Shown one piece after another: positions 1-12,379 of a DNA stretch of 64,000 nucleotides. Every line of letters starts with the position of its first letter. The first letter of the stretch is position 1. The stretch is from Podarcis muralis (taxonomy: Eukaryota), in assembly GCF_964188315.1 (NCBI RefSeq), contig NC_135660.1, positions 68,262,001-68,326,000 of the forward strand, given 5' to 3'. The translations under genes and the position numbers were made by a program. The notes under the pieces were generated by a model, which worked only from the letters and a program-made list of their open reading frames with translations, was not told the DNA's origin and did not search any database.

Positions 1-760
1 AATGAAAGCAGCCTGGGAGGTGGGTCTAGGTGTTGCGATAGATGATTCAGAGCGGGAGAGAATATGGGGGTGAATGCTGCTTGTTTCCATAAAGAATTGT
101 GCATGCAAGTTAGCATATTGGTGGCATATGACACCTGTCAAATTGAGCGGTATACACAACACATTGAATTCTACCTGCTGGAGGTCCTGCGGCTTGTGAC
201 GTACACTTTTGGTTCTGTCCTTTGGTTGCGGGGTTCTGGAATCAAGTTTTTTTTGAGGGGGGAATAGCAATGATCATGGGTCAAGCTAAAAAAAGCTTTA
301 CTGGCATCTATATTTTCAGATGTGTTGGGAGGGGAAACTGTACAAGGAATTTATAATTTCCCATTCAGAATGGAGATTTCCAGCTGCTATTCTCAAGTAT
401 GGTGCATTACATTGGCTGGAAAACTAACACATAATATATATACAGTGGTACCTCAGGTTAAGTACTTAATTCGTTCCAGAGGTCCGTTCTTAACCTGAAA
501 CTGTTCTTAACCTGAAGCACCACTTTAGCTAATGGGGCCTCCTGCTGCCGCCACACCGCCGGAGCATGATTTCTGCTCTCATCCTGAAGCAAAGTTTTTA
601 ACCTGAAGCACTATTTCTGGGTTAGCAGAGTCTGTAACCTGAAGTGTATGTAACCTGAAGCGTCTGTAACCCGAGGTACCACTGTATATACTGAGGACAA
701 AGCCAATCCTGATGCCTTTGACTCTGTTTGGTTCCCATTCATATCTTTTGTAAACACGGC
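1..760 (+). mobile_element. Degraded L1/Tx1-type LINE ORF2 C-terminal fragment, interrupted by a MITE
   Basis: One frame reads KLAYWWHMTPVKL...CWRSCG...FW and later SVWFPFISF, resembling the L1 ORF2 C-terminal RWY.TP...CWRCG...FW...W.PF motifs, with stops and frameshifts. Confidence 0.6.
443..684 (+). mobile_element. Tc1/mariner (Tigger-like) MITE, family A, copy 1
   Basis: TIR CAGTGGTACCTC(A/G)GGTTA ... TAACCCGAGGTACCACTG, TA on both sides, internal TAACCTGAAG repeats; 242 bp. Confidence 0.9.
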
Positions 761-832
761 TGTGCAGGGCATTTGTCCTGCTACACAGCAGGACTCATCT
801 TGGAAGGATATAGAAGGATACCCAGCTCTGTA

Positions 833-1094
833 GGGTAGGACTCGAACCAATGGCTTCAAGTTACAAGAAAGGAGATTTTGACTAAACATATGGGGGGGGG
901 ACGGACTTTCTGACAGTAAGAGCTATTCAACAGTGAAACAGACTCCCATGAGAGGTGGTGAACTATCCTTTGTTGGAGGTTTTAAAGCAGAGGTTGGTTG
1001 ATCATCATTCATTGATGCTTTTAGTTGAGATTCCTGCATTGCAGGGGGGAGGACTAGATGATTCTGAGGGTCCCCTTCCAACTCTATGATTCTA
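833..1094 (+). mobile_element. CR1 LINE 3' end
   Basis: Typical CR1 3' sequence ending ccttccaactctatgattcta. Confidence 0.85.
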
Positions 1095-2755
1095 AGTTGG
1101 TATAAAGACTTGTGTTTCTATGATGATGGCAATATGTCAGGACCTTCTTATTCACCTTCAGGAAAGACCACTACCTTCTCAAGGGGGGAATTATCTATGT
1201 TGTGCCTAACCTTGCTTTATTTCATCTTGTAACATTCAGTTTTATTGTTTCCTACTTTCGAAAATACAAATAAACATTTGTGGGAATATCTCCTAAGGCT
1301 TTGTGCTCTATAGTGCAAAATATACAGGTAATCATGTTGTATTTGTATGCTTTGCCCTGTGGGGTAAAATAACTTGTGGAGGATTTAAATGGAAATATTG
1401 TACCAATCTAAACTCACTCTAGTTGGTATTAACATTATGTTTAAACCTTTTAACATTTTGTTATATTATTATAATTATTATCATCATAATCATCATTTTT
1501 GGTGCACTGCACAATTTGGAAAGATCTGTTCGCAACGAAAGCTTAAATTTAAACCTATTTAGTGACACTGGAGTCATGAAAATTAAATTGGCTTTAACAC
1601 AAGCATTATATCATAATTGGGTTTTGGGCTCAACTACAAAGCATTTATTCCATGGTTTTGAAGATTATATATTTTTAAAAGCCTTATTCAGCATTATCAA
1701 AAGCACTTCCAATCAGATTTTATTACAGAAAAGGAGCTTAGATGAAAAGTCTTTTGTAATCTCAAATTCCCTTCCTAAATATAGATCAAGAAAATTAAAT
1801 GAAACTGGCGGGAGTGAAATTAAAAAAAAACAGAGGGGGAAAGAAATTGAAAATCACTGTGACAAACTTATTGTATGCGCATTTGCTCAGAAGTAAATCC
1901 CACTGAGTTCAATAGCATTTACTCCCAAGCAAGTTTGGGTAGGATTTTAGCTTAAGTGAGGCAACATACGAAAAACAAGCATTAGGAAGGAAGGTTCACT
2001 GAATTTAGTGGGGATTACTCCTGAGTAAATGCAGAACACCCTATCAGGTGGTGCTCAAAATAACTGCTTTGAACCCTCAATCTACAAGCAAGTGTTATAT
2101 AAAAATTATGAAATAAATAAACATAAATAAACCATATAAGGTAGTTTTGGTCTGCGAGTAACTAGTCCAAGATCACATGGTTGAAAAGGAATTTGAACCT
2201 GAGTCTCCCTGGTGGCATTATATGGAACTGCTGCATCAGCAGCACTGAGAACCAAGGATGATCATTGCGGGGAACCTGCTGTACCGATCTGTCTGGTATC
2301 CACAAGTCATCTCCTAGTGAGCAACCTCCTTAGATAAAGACTGACCTTAAATAGTGGACTTCTGAGCCTCTGCCCCCATGCTTAAAGGACGGAAATTCTT
2401 AATGGTCCATCCCCTGGTTTGCAAACACATGCTTCCTATTTTCTGCCTGGCATGCTCCCTGAAGCACTGGGCAGGCATGGTAGTGTGAGAGGCACTCAGT
2501 TCCTTAGGAGAAATTCCTTGCAGCAGGTCCTGGCTTTGGTTCTTCAAGCTCTAGCTTGTTGTATGGGCAACCTATCCAGAAGATACTTGTATTTCGAGGA
2601 GTTTAGTGATCTCACTCAGTTGCCCTCATCCTGCCTCTGTTTACTTCCCATCTCTCTCTCTTGTTAAAGTGCTTTGATGACTGAGGGCAGCCTTTAATGT
2701 ATAACCTGGTGGAAGGAAGAAGCGATAGTGATGGGTACCTTCTGACCTTCTTTGG

Positions 2756-3083
2756 TGTAGAACAGAGTGGCTAATGAATAATCTCTATGTAGCTAGTAGC
2801 ACGCAGGCAGTCAGGCAAACCATACAAGTTAGCTATCTATAAATCAGATGGTTTTGGGGGTATAGTTCGTAGAAGCTCATGCACGAACTGATGGCCAGAG
2901 GGTTGTGCAAAAAATGTAAACTGCCTGGGGGTGTCACTTCGCCGCTTCTTGAGGGCTTCCTAGTGGCAGATCAAAGTGCTTGCTTGGTAATGTATATAAT
3001 GCTTGCTGTTTAGAATAAAGTCTTTAATCTCACTCACTTGTGTTTGTATTGCTCCTGAATCTCATTAAAAGAACCACCTTGCA
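2756..3083 (+). mobile_element. Solo LTR (328 bp)
   Basis: TG...CA ends flanked by a 5-bp direct repeat TTTGG (2751-55, 3084-88); TATA-like tgtatataat near 2991; AATAAA near 3014. Confidence 0.7.
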
Positions 3084-3118
3084 TTTGGCAAGACACTTGT
3101 TAGGCTCCTTTTACATTC

Positions 3119-3132
3119 AAATAATAATAATA

Positions 3133-3163
<31 letters not shown>

Positions 3164-3557
3164 TTTATTATTTATACCCCGACCATCTGGCTGGGTTTCC
3201 CCAGCCACTCTGGGCGGCTTCCAACCGAATATTAAAAACAATACAGCATCAGACATTAAAAACTTCCCTAAACAGGGCTGCCTTCAGTTGTCTTTTAAAA
3301 GTTAAATAGTTGTTTATTGCCTTGACATCTGTTGGGAGGGCATTCCACAGGGCAGGGGCCACTACCAAGAAGGCCCTCTGCCTGGTTCCCTGTAACTTGG
3401 CTTCTCGCAGTGAGGGAACCACCAGAAGGCCCTCGGAGCTGGACCTCAGTGTCTGGGTTGAATGATGGGGGTGGAGATGCTCCTTCGGGTATACTGGACC
3501 GAGGCCGTTTAGGGCTTTAAAGGTCAGCACCAACACTTTGAATTGTGCTTGGAAACG
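3119..3557 (-). mobile_element. L2-clade LINE 3' fragment with (AAT)/(TAC)n tail
   Basis: ORF 3249..3593 reads FKVLVLTFKALNGLGP...LRS...LLVVP...RAF..VAP.LWN.LP...FKRQLK..LF, the L2 RT C-terminus; microsatellite tail 3119-3162. Confidence 0.9.
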
Positions 3558-3676
3558 AAGGCTAGAATGTCTTCTGGCTTCAAACTCCCCCACCCCTGTC
3601 CAGCCCAGAGGAAACCTTGGGGGGGGGGGCAGGGCGGATGAAGTAACCCCAGGAAGTCATCACTCCAGGATGACTT

Positions 3677-3936
3677 TGTTTTATTTATTTCATAAAATTT
3701 ATGCACTGCTTTATTGCAAAAGAAACCTCAAAAACGGTTTACAAAAAGATAAAACGAGAAAAGCAAGAAAAGCAATCGACCCTACTTTAAAACGTACTAA
3801 AGTTAACATACTAAAGCAGACTGAAATTACCTCAGCTTTCTAAGCATTTGGGTAGGCTTGTCTAAACAAGAATGTTTTTAGCAGGCACCAAACAGAGTAC
3901 AGTGAAGGCAACTGGTTGATTGCAGAGAGTTCCAAC
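3677..3936 (-). mobile_element. L2 3' end, second family
   Basis: Reverse complement matches the copy at ~58628-58875 (cctgctaaaaacatt.ttgtttag.caagcctac); ends in a (TTTA)n tail. Confidence 0.7.
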
Positions 3937-4915
3937 GTTCAGAAATAGGGCCTTAAAATGGAGAATAATAAAGAAATCTAAGGGAGAAAAGAATTTAAAA
4001 ATCCCCAGAAATGACAGGGAACATCAAATATTGAGCTAAAAATCAAGGGAAGGCTGATAGAGGATTGTTGATAACTGATCAGTCAAATAGGTAAGACTTC
4101 GGTTGTTACCAGTATGCTTGTCTTTCAAAACTCATACAGTATAGGGTTTGCAGAAACACCTCTACTCAAAATAAAGTCATGGTGATAGATTTTTCACCAA
4201 ACTGCAGCTTTCTTTACACTATCCATGAGATCCAAGTAAATCCTCGGGGATTATTTTACTGTATTAATCCAACATAAAGTGGTTAAAAGTTGTTGTTTTT
4301 CTGATGATCATCGTGTGATTTCTTTATGGAATGGCTGCAAATTGAGCCCAAACAGATCTATTTAGAGCAGAACAAGATTCAAAAGAACAGAAACAAAATA
4401 CAGTATACTTAAAATCAATCTAGAATCGACTGCTACTGCAATGCTATCCAGTGATCTTTAAAGATGCTAGATTTGCTTTAGCGGGGGGATGGGATGAAGG
4501 AGAGAAGAAAAAGCAGGCCTTGTTTATGAGGCCAGGGATGTTGAAAAGTAAAATAATGCGTGCCATGCATAAAACGAGACCGTAAACAGTTGTTCACCAT
4601 ATAAACTGATGAGCCGCATAATATCTACACAGGCAAACAAAAGTGTCACAATGCTCCCAGCCACTCCATGCCTTTCAGGCTCTTAAACATGGTTACATGC
4701 ATCAATCTTTATCTCACGAAAGGCAATGATGACCGAGCCTCAGTAGGCTGCATCCCACAGGTGGGCTGAAATATGGGGCTTCTGAGCCTTTCTTAGATAA
4801 ATATCCAGTTAAACTTGCCAGATGCCCTTGTTAGCATCGCTTTGTTAGGACACTTCCTTAGAGGATACAGACCATTCCCACTCATTGCTGCCGAGGGATA
4901 TGTTTAGCCCAAAGA

Positions 4916-5261
4916 TGTCTATGGACCGGTTGGATGCATAGGAATGGTGGGGGGAACCAGCTGGGGAAACCCCAAGGGAAGAAGGCTCAGGGCCCAGGGA
5001 TTGGGGGTGCGCTGTCAGAGGGAGAAGAGGAGGGAGGTGTCAGAAGCTGAAGGGTAACAGGGCTTAGTGAGCTGGGAGAGTCTGTGGCAGAAAGTCCAGA
5101 ATCGGAGGCAGAAGCTGAAGCAGGAGGATGGGAGGAGAGAGAAAGTTTGAGTACTAAATAAAGAGAGAGCTTGAGTACTAAATAAAATCTGGGTTGGATC
5201 AACTTGCTAGAACTGCTAGCAAATCATGGCATCAGCTTCTGAACACCACAGCAGACTCCCA
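4916..5261 (+). mobile_element. Probable solo or internally deleted LTR, purine-rich
   Basis: Starts TGTC, ends CCCA; AAAGA before the start and AAAAGA after the end (near-TSD); duplicated TTGAGTACTAAATAAA at 5147 and 5171. Confidence 0.45.
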
Positions 5262-5847
5262 AAAAGACAGCAGGTCCTGGGCTGCAGGGAAAGATATGAT
5301 TTCATTTGGTATATAGCAATAATCTGTTCTTTTATGATGATCACAGCTTGCTTCCTGAAGTGGCCCTTCTCACTTTGCCTAATGGGAGCACCACCCCAGG
5401 TATGAATATGTGAACCAATAAGGAAAAGAGCGAAGCCTGTTACTGAACTGACTATACCCCACCTACCAAAAACTTGGAATTAGGGAAAAGGACTTCCTGA
5501 CCGGCAGATAGGATTTCCATCCAAGCAAGCAAAAGTCCCCTCCCTACATTGGTCCTGTGATTACACCTATCCGGATTTCAGACAGCAGCACAGGCTAACA
5601 ATAAAATGTTGCTTGAACCTACTCAAAAAGTGCAATCAAATTTGGGATGATATATGTGTGATACTGTTTAGGAACGGAATCTAGCAGAACTTTAGTGGTT
5701 ACATAAATATTCTCAGGAATGTGTCTCAGCTGTATAGTTGTACAAGGTGAGAAAAATCAATTCCAAATCTTGCCTCCAAGGTAATTCACCATACTGTGAG
5801 AATTATAAATTGTTGAAATAAACGAAGGGAAGCTGTAGGCCTGGGAT

Positions 5848-5977
5848 AGACAACACTGTGCCCACCAGATGTTGCTAAACTACAACTACCATCATCAATG
5901 ACAGTTGGATGTGCTGGTTTAGGACTGATGGAAGCTGTAGTCCAAACACATATGGAGGGCACCACGTTGCCTATGCC
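5848..5977. mobile_element. ~130-bp palindromic hAT-like MITE (actacaactcccatc...gatgggagttgtagt core); other copies ~7068-7135, 13838-13968, 26935-27030, 29608-29748, 49760-49878
   Basis: Recurrent core catcatccctgaccattggccatgctggctggggctgatgggagttg with imperfect inverted arms. Confidence 0.65.
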
Positions 5978-6696
5978 TGCAACAGGCCCACAGTGTTACC
6001 TAAATATTTAGCACAAGGAAGCATGTCAGTTTGCCCTATTTGTTTTCTTCTACATCTGAATCACTCCCTGGGAGGCAATATAGTCAGATTTGTCCTACAG
6101 TTCTTTAGTCACTCAATATTCTTTTGAAATTCTTCTTAGGTGCCATTACCTTTGTTCTAAATTCATAAATTCATACAACAGTTCAAAGGACTTTTAAAGA
6201 GCAGCTTTTGTGTGACAATTGTATCCAAGGGAGTAGTATGTATACTCAGTACTAAAAGGCTGCATCAAAATGTATCCCAGGGCATAAAATAATAGTCTTA
6301 TTGTCTCAAAGAAAAGGAAACCAGCATTAAAATGAAAAAAACAAGAACTAACACAGCATCTTGGGCTAATTATGTTTCATGGTTTTGAAAATAATACAGC
6401 AGTGCTGGTAGGGGTTCTCTGCCCTTGGGCATACGGAACAACTGTCCCAAGCTCCAGGCATAAAGGTGGTGCACAAAAAACACCCTTTGCTTGCTCTTGC
6501 CGCTGATGCCACAGGGACACCTCAGTCTCACCTGTTTACCTTTGCTGCCATTGCATCTGCTTCTGTAGCTGCTTCTGCCTGTATCCCAGATTCCTTTCAG
6601 TCACTTTGATCACATGTAGAGGAAATGTGCTTCCTACTTATTGGGTGAAAGAAGGGACCTGCCACCACATTAAATTATATGCACATTTACACAGGA

Positions 6697-6875
6697 GTTG
6701 GGAAAGATGGAGGGCACAAGGAGAAGGGGACAACAGAGGACGACATGGTAGGATTGTGTTCTCGAAGCTACCAGCATGAGTTTGACCAAACTGCGGGAGG
6801 CAGTGGAAGACAGGAGTGCCTGGCGTGCTCTGGTCCATGGGGTCACAAAGAGTCGGACACGACTAAACAACAAAA
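6697..6875 (+). mobile_element. Bov-B (RTE clade) LINE 3' fragment
   Basis: gttgggaaagatggagggcacaaggagaagggg...gagtcggacacgactaaacaacaa; GKMEG.RRRG.Q...RT C-terminus plus CAA tail. Confidence 0.9.
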
Positions 6876-7255
6876 GTACCATTAAGCTCAACAGGCCTTA
6901 CTTTTGAGTAAGCATGCATCTGATTGCACTATCAAGCTGTGATCCTTTAGCTGCTTACCTGAGTGTAAGTCACATTGAACTCAGTGGTATTTACATCTGA
7001 GCACACATGTGCAGGCCTGTGCTCTTGCTCTCGTAATAACTCACACTGCAGTCCTATGAAAATAAGGCGATGCTGGCTTGGGGCTGATAGGAGTTATAGT
7101 CCAACAACATATGGAGGGTCACATGTTCCTTATTCATGTTATAGACCTGATGTCATGAAAAGCTTCAACTGCTTATATTTACATATCAAATCCCTGCTAA
7201 AGGAACAGGGGCTAGCCAGAGGAACGCTGATCAGACTTGAAATGACTTGGGCCAT

Positions 7256-7378
7256 CAATAATAGAATTGAGGAGCCAGAAGAGACCTCAACTAAAGCATC
7301 CATGGCAGATGACCATCCAACCTCTGCTCAAAAACCTCCAAGAAATCTCCTTTCTTGTAACTTGAATCCATGGGTTTG
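7256..7378 (-). mobile_element. Degraded CR1 3' fragment
   Basis: Reverse complement resembles the CR1 copy at 833-1094 (ttcaagttacaagaaaggagattt; ggaggttttt.agcagaggttgg). Confidence 0.6.
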
Positions 7379-10300
7379 GGTGGTTTACTAACATCCCAGT
7401 TCTAAGAACTGTTGCCTAGAAGGTCTATTGGAATGCTGGGAGATCCACTTAAAAATCATTGGGACTTTTAAGTCACAGTCTTTAAAATCACAACCTGAGG
7501 CTGGAGTCAAACACCCACTTCCTGAGGAGTAAGCCCACTGGGTATACTGGAAGTGGACCGATAGCAGTGGGGTGATTGCGCTGTAAAAACTCTACCCATA
7601 GTGCTTAGGAAATTATAGCCTAAGAGTCTTACCTAAGGGAAAGGTTTATCCATCCTCTACCCACATTCCTCCACCCCACATCCAGGTAAAGAGGAGGCAA
7701 GATCATTCAAGGACCTATTTTTGCCAGGCAAAAGTTCCGTGGGATGATCTGAAGCAGAGCTAGCTATGGCCTGAGTTTGGCTAGGATCACACAGAAAGGT
7801 CTTCAGGGTTGCATTTAGCCCCTTAGGGCTTGAGGTTTCTCACCCTGATGAAGGCAAACCCCCTGCATCTATTTACACTAAAACTGGTGAAATATGTAAA
7901 TTGTGCCTTATTTCATGTTAGAGTGAACTGAGGAGTAAAGTGCTTAAGAAAAATTAATACTTTGCAATTGCAAAGTCATGAAACGCGTACTTGAAAGCAA
8001 ACCATTTACTACAAAGAAGAAGTCTACTTCATCAAACCCTTAATCTGGTTTTATGCCCTAGCTAGTAAGAGAGAAAGTTAGGCTTATTATAGACAAAAAT
8101 TAGGGTGGGGAAAATGCACTATTTTTAGCTTCCTGTTATTATAAGTTCCAGCACCTGTGCTTTTTGCAGTAACACACAGGGACAGGTGGTCTCTCTGAGC
8201 CATATGTACCAGGAAGAAGCTGAGTTTATGTATAATTTATTACCTCGTGTATTCTGCTGCAGAGCAGAATGCTTCATAGCTAAAGCATACAAGGATAGTT
8301 GCTGAAGGAAGGGAGTTCATTAGAAGTCGATTTTAACAGCCCCCACTGCCAAATGTCCTCTGATCCAGTGTAGGGGTTGGCCCTGCACAATGAAGTTTAC
8401 ACTTCGCTTTCAAAGCTGACTAGTGGGATAGCTTTCAGTGACTGTGTTATATCATTTTATCTCTGAATAGTTGCTATGAAAAGACTTTTACAGTGAATAT
8501 AACCTAATTATAAAATGTGGTGACAGTACAAACATTTTTGCTATAAAGTAGACCAGATCTCCTACCAGTCTACCTGGGTTTATAATCTTAGATGCTTTTA
8601 TTTAAAAATGCAACAACAAACAAACCAACTCATCTTTTTGCCCATCTCTCCTCCCATTCCCAAATATGTGGAAGAACGAGCTAGTATACTAATTCTTAGA
8701 TAAAATGGGATTGTAGCAGAAACACCAGCTGTTGGCTATGGCTAAAAAATAAAAGAAGAAAATAACCTTCATTGAGCTTCTCCAGATATGACTTTCAGTA
8801 AAATGTTCTTTTGTGGATTTTTAGAGCAGATTTGCTTTTTGGAAGAGGGGAGAAATAGTGGATGGGGTCATTTTAACTGGGTTGAAGCAAAATGCACTTT
8901 AACTAATGCTACCTTATTTTTTTCTTCAAGTATCCTCATGTCATTCCTTCAACAGATTTTTCAAATGACATATAAAGCAATATTCTAAATATCTATGCAA
9001 ATTCATTTCCCTTATATTTTCTTGTTGCTTGCTTTCTAAATGAACCATTTGGTTACAAAAGTCTTTGTATGGTGATCATTAGTCTTTCTATAAACAACAA
9101 CAATGAAAGGTAAGCAATGTTAATTTCATGCTCCGGTGGAAAACAAATGATAGAATTCTCACCCCATTAATAATTTTTTTGCCTTGTCTGTCTGGTTATA
9201 TGTGATTCCATGTATACTGGATTAAAGACTTTGTTAACTTCATTAAAATTTCCATTTCCTTTTTCAATGTGATATATTCAAGGTCTATCCATTTAACAAT
9301 AATTCCAGTTTTCTGTATTTATAGCACAGCTTTCTATGTTATATACCAAGTTATTAACATATTTAAATAAATAAAAATAGAGCATTAAAACTATAAAAGC
9401 AAAATATAAACATATCACACAAGCAATACAAATATGACAGAGCAGACATAAAAAATGAAAAGTCTGCTGGAACAGAAAGTTCTTAGCTGCATGAAACTGT
9501 AAACAGAGAAGGATTCTGGATTTCCCTGGAGAGATTAGTCCACAATCTATACTATTTATAATGGCATTTTGAAGGCTGCCATCATGATTCAATATCTGCT
9601 TAAAAGAATTGATTCATTTTGTTTTAACAAATAGCATTCATATCTAGAAAATGGGGATGTTGGACTGGTATGGACTGAGCAGCCTGCTATGTAGAAGAGA
9701 GAAACATTTTGGGTTAGGCAGATTTTGGCCATGATTCTTAGTTTATTTATAATTTCCAGTTATATCAATGTGACATTTATTTCCTTTAGTTAGGTGTGTT
9801 TTGGATCAAATTATTGTGAAGAGTTCAAAACTGAAACACCACATATGTGAAAGATTTGAAAACATTCTAAAGCTCAATTTAATACTTCTTAGGTAGGAAC
9901 ATTAAAAGCACATGCATATTATAATGATATACAGTACAAGTTTGAAATCTATCTCACTGTCATGGCTTTCCATCTCCTAGGTGTCATGGGGATTATTAAT
10001 TTGTGGCAGTGCTGAAAATATATCTGTTTACTCACTACATGGAGATGTTAAAGTTATAGCATAAAATTTTCACTGCACCCAAAAAATTAACATTTCAAGA
10101 GTATTTTGTGCCAAATTTTGGGGTACTTTTTGGTTCTTCTGTTATTATCTATCAAAAAGTATATACCACCTGTTGTAAGAAAACATCTAAGTGGTTTACA
10201 AAAATATAAAACACCTGTATGCCAGACATAAAACCAGTTGCTGTTTTTTGGCATGGGTATAGCAGTAATGGAAAAGTTTAATGTACAGTTTCTGGCTGAT

Positions 10301-11718
10301 AAGCAGTTTAAGGCAAAGGAGTTCTGCCAAGGCTAGGGCTTATATTTTTTATTTCCCCCCAATGTGTCAAAAGTCCTCCAAGGCAACTAATAATATTAAA
10401 ATGAGACAGAACAATTACTATATTTTAAGAACAGTTAAATTCTGGGTTGTCAGCTGACCAGGAAAATCATCACCAACTGGCCAGCTTCTGTGCTTTCAAG
10501 AGAGGACTGATCTATAGAAATCAGCAGGTGAAGCTGTTATCCTCTGCCAATTGCTGATGATTCAATCACTGATAAAAGAGACGGTAATGGGAATGTTTCA
10601 GAAGTTAGCTGTGTGTGCGCGCGCGTTAGGGGGGTGCTAGCAACCATTAAGTAAGTTGAGGTTTGACTGTGGAGATTGCTAAACAGGAAGGATATGTTCA
10701 CATTGCACAAAAAGCTCTGTTTGCATTTACAGAGTCTGAAATGTGAAGGCAAACCTAGACAGACAATAACAGGGCCCTTCATCATTTCCATACCTGAACT
10801 GAACCACCTTTTACCCCAGGTTCCAAAAGTGGAATCCACTTTAAAATGTATCTACTCTTTCATCTCTTTCTCTCTCCTCTTGTGTCACCCTCTCTAGTTT
10901 TCCCTCAGCTTTCTCCTCCCCTCTTTTGAATCTCTCCAAAACTTGACCTTAATGCAGCCACTGCATATAAGGTTCTGAAACCATTGAGGTTACCCATTAA
11001 ATTAATTGAATACCAATAAGCTAAAATCTGACTTTGAAGTTGCTCTTGTACTTTCTGTCCCACAGTGAAGATCATGGGGAGGAAGGTTACTTTTAAAAAC
11101 CATACTGCAATCACATGCACATGGGAAAACATTCCATGGTTGCACTTTATTTAGAGCAAAGATACACAATATCGGCTGAGAGCAATCTCACGATATCTCT
11201 TGTGAAAACAACTGATTGCTGAGTGTTATAAAAGAAAAGGAAAAGGAAAGGGCTTGGTTTCTTTGTTAAATCCAGGTCTTGTTATTACGGCTTTGACTGG
11301 ATCTGTTTATTTGAAAGGCATTCCTTCTTCCTCAGAATGTTTCTTTAAAACTGCAGCTTCAGCCTATGAAAAAACTGAACAACCTGTACGTACATCATCT
11401 TGCGCTTTAGACTACAATACACAAAGGCTACAAGGCGGGCGTTTGCAAAATTCCTTAGGACAAAACCAATAAATCCTGGACACTATCACATCTGTTATGG
11501 CATAACCTTTTGTGGCCTAACCATCTATTTCATCAGGTGCATGGATAAGTTGGCAGGTGCATATATATCCATATATATGGATGTATCATCTACCTACCTG
11601 TCACCTTAGGATAATACTTAACACCTCCCCCAATTAATTTTGTTTTATTGTTTTAGTTTGATTTCTATTTATTTCAGCAGAAACAAAAAAAAATTGCTGA
11701 AAAGTATGCATACTTTTA

Positions 11719-12080
11719 GGGACGTGGGTGGTGCTGTGGGTTAAATCACAGAGCCTAGGACTTGCTGATCAGAAGGTCAGCGGTTCGAATCCCTGTGATG
11801 GGGTGAGCTCCCGTTGCTCGGTCCCTGCTACTGCCCACCTAGCAGTTCAAAAGCACATCAAAGTGCAAGTAGATAAATAGGTACTGCTCCGGCAGGAAGG
11901 TAAACGGCGTTTCTGTGCGCTGCTCTGGTTTGCCAGAAGCGGCTTAGTCTTGCTGGTCCCATGACCCGGAAGCTGTCTGCGGACAAACGCCGGCTCCCTT
12001 GGCCAGTAAAGTGAGATGAGTGCCACAACCCCAGAGTCGTCCGCAACTGGACCCAATGGTCAGGGGTACCTTTACCTTTA
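11719..12080 (+). mobile_element. Sauria SINE, ~360 bp
   Basis: GGGACG.GGGTGG.GCTGTGG head, B-box GGTTCGAATCC, Bov-B-like 3' part and (ACCTTT)n tail. Confidence 0.92.
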
Positions 12081-12379
12081 TTGTGCTTTTAACTGTCTGT
12101 ACGTTTTAATTCATGGTTGTCATTAGTGATGATTTTATTGTTTATATATACAGTATGTGGGTGTGTATATATATTTGTAATCAGCTTTGAGGTTTTTTCA
12201 CCCCTACAATCAAGTGGCATACAAATTCCATGAAATAAATAAATAACACAAATACATAAATAATGGCTAACAGCGCAAGCCTAGACATGTCTACTCAGAA
12301 GTTAGCCCTCTTGTATTCAATGGGGCTTACTCCCATTGCAATGAAGCCCATGAGACCTCATGCCCACAACATATTGAGC

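Noticed and set aside
3249-3593. ORFs with RT-like tails here and at 22640, 6670 and 51166
   Set aside because: 5'-truncated L2 and Bov-B fragments, not host genes or autonomous elements.
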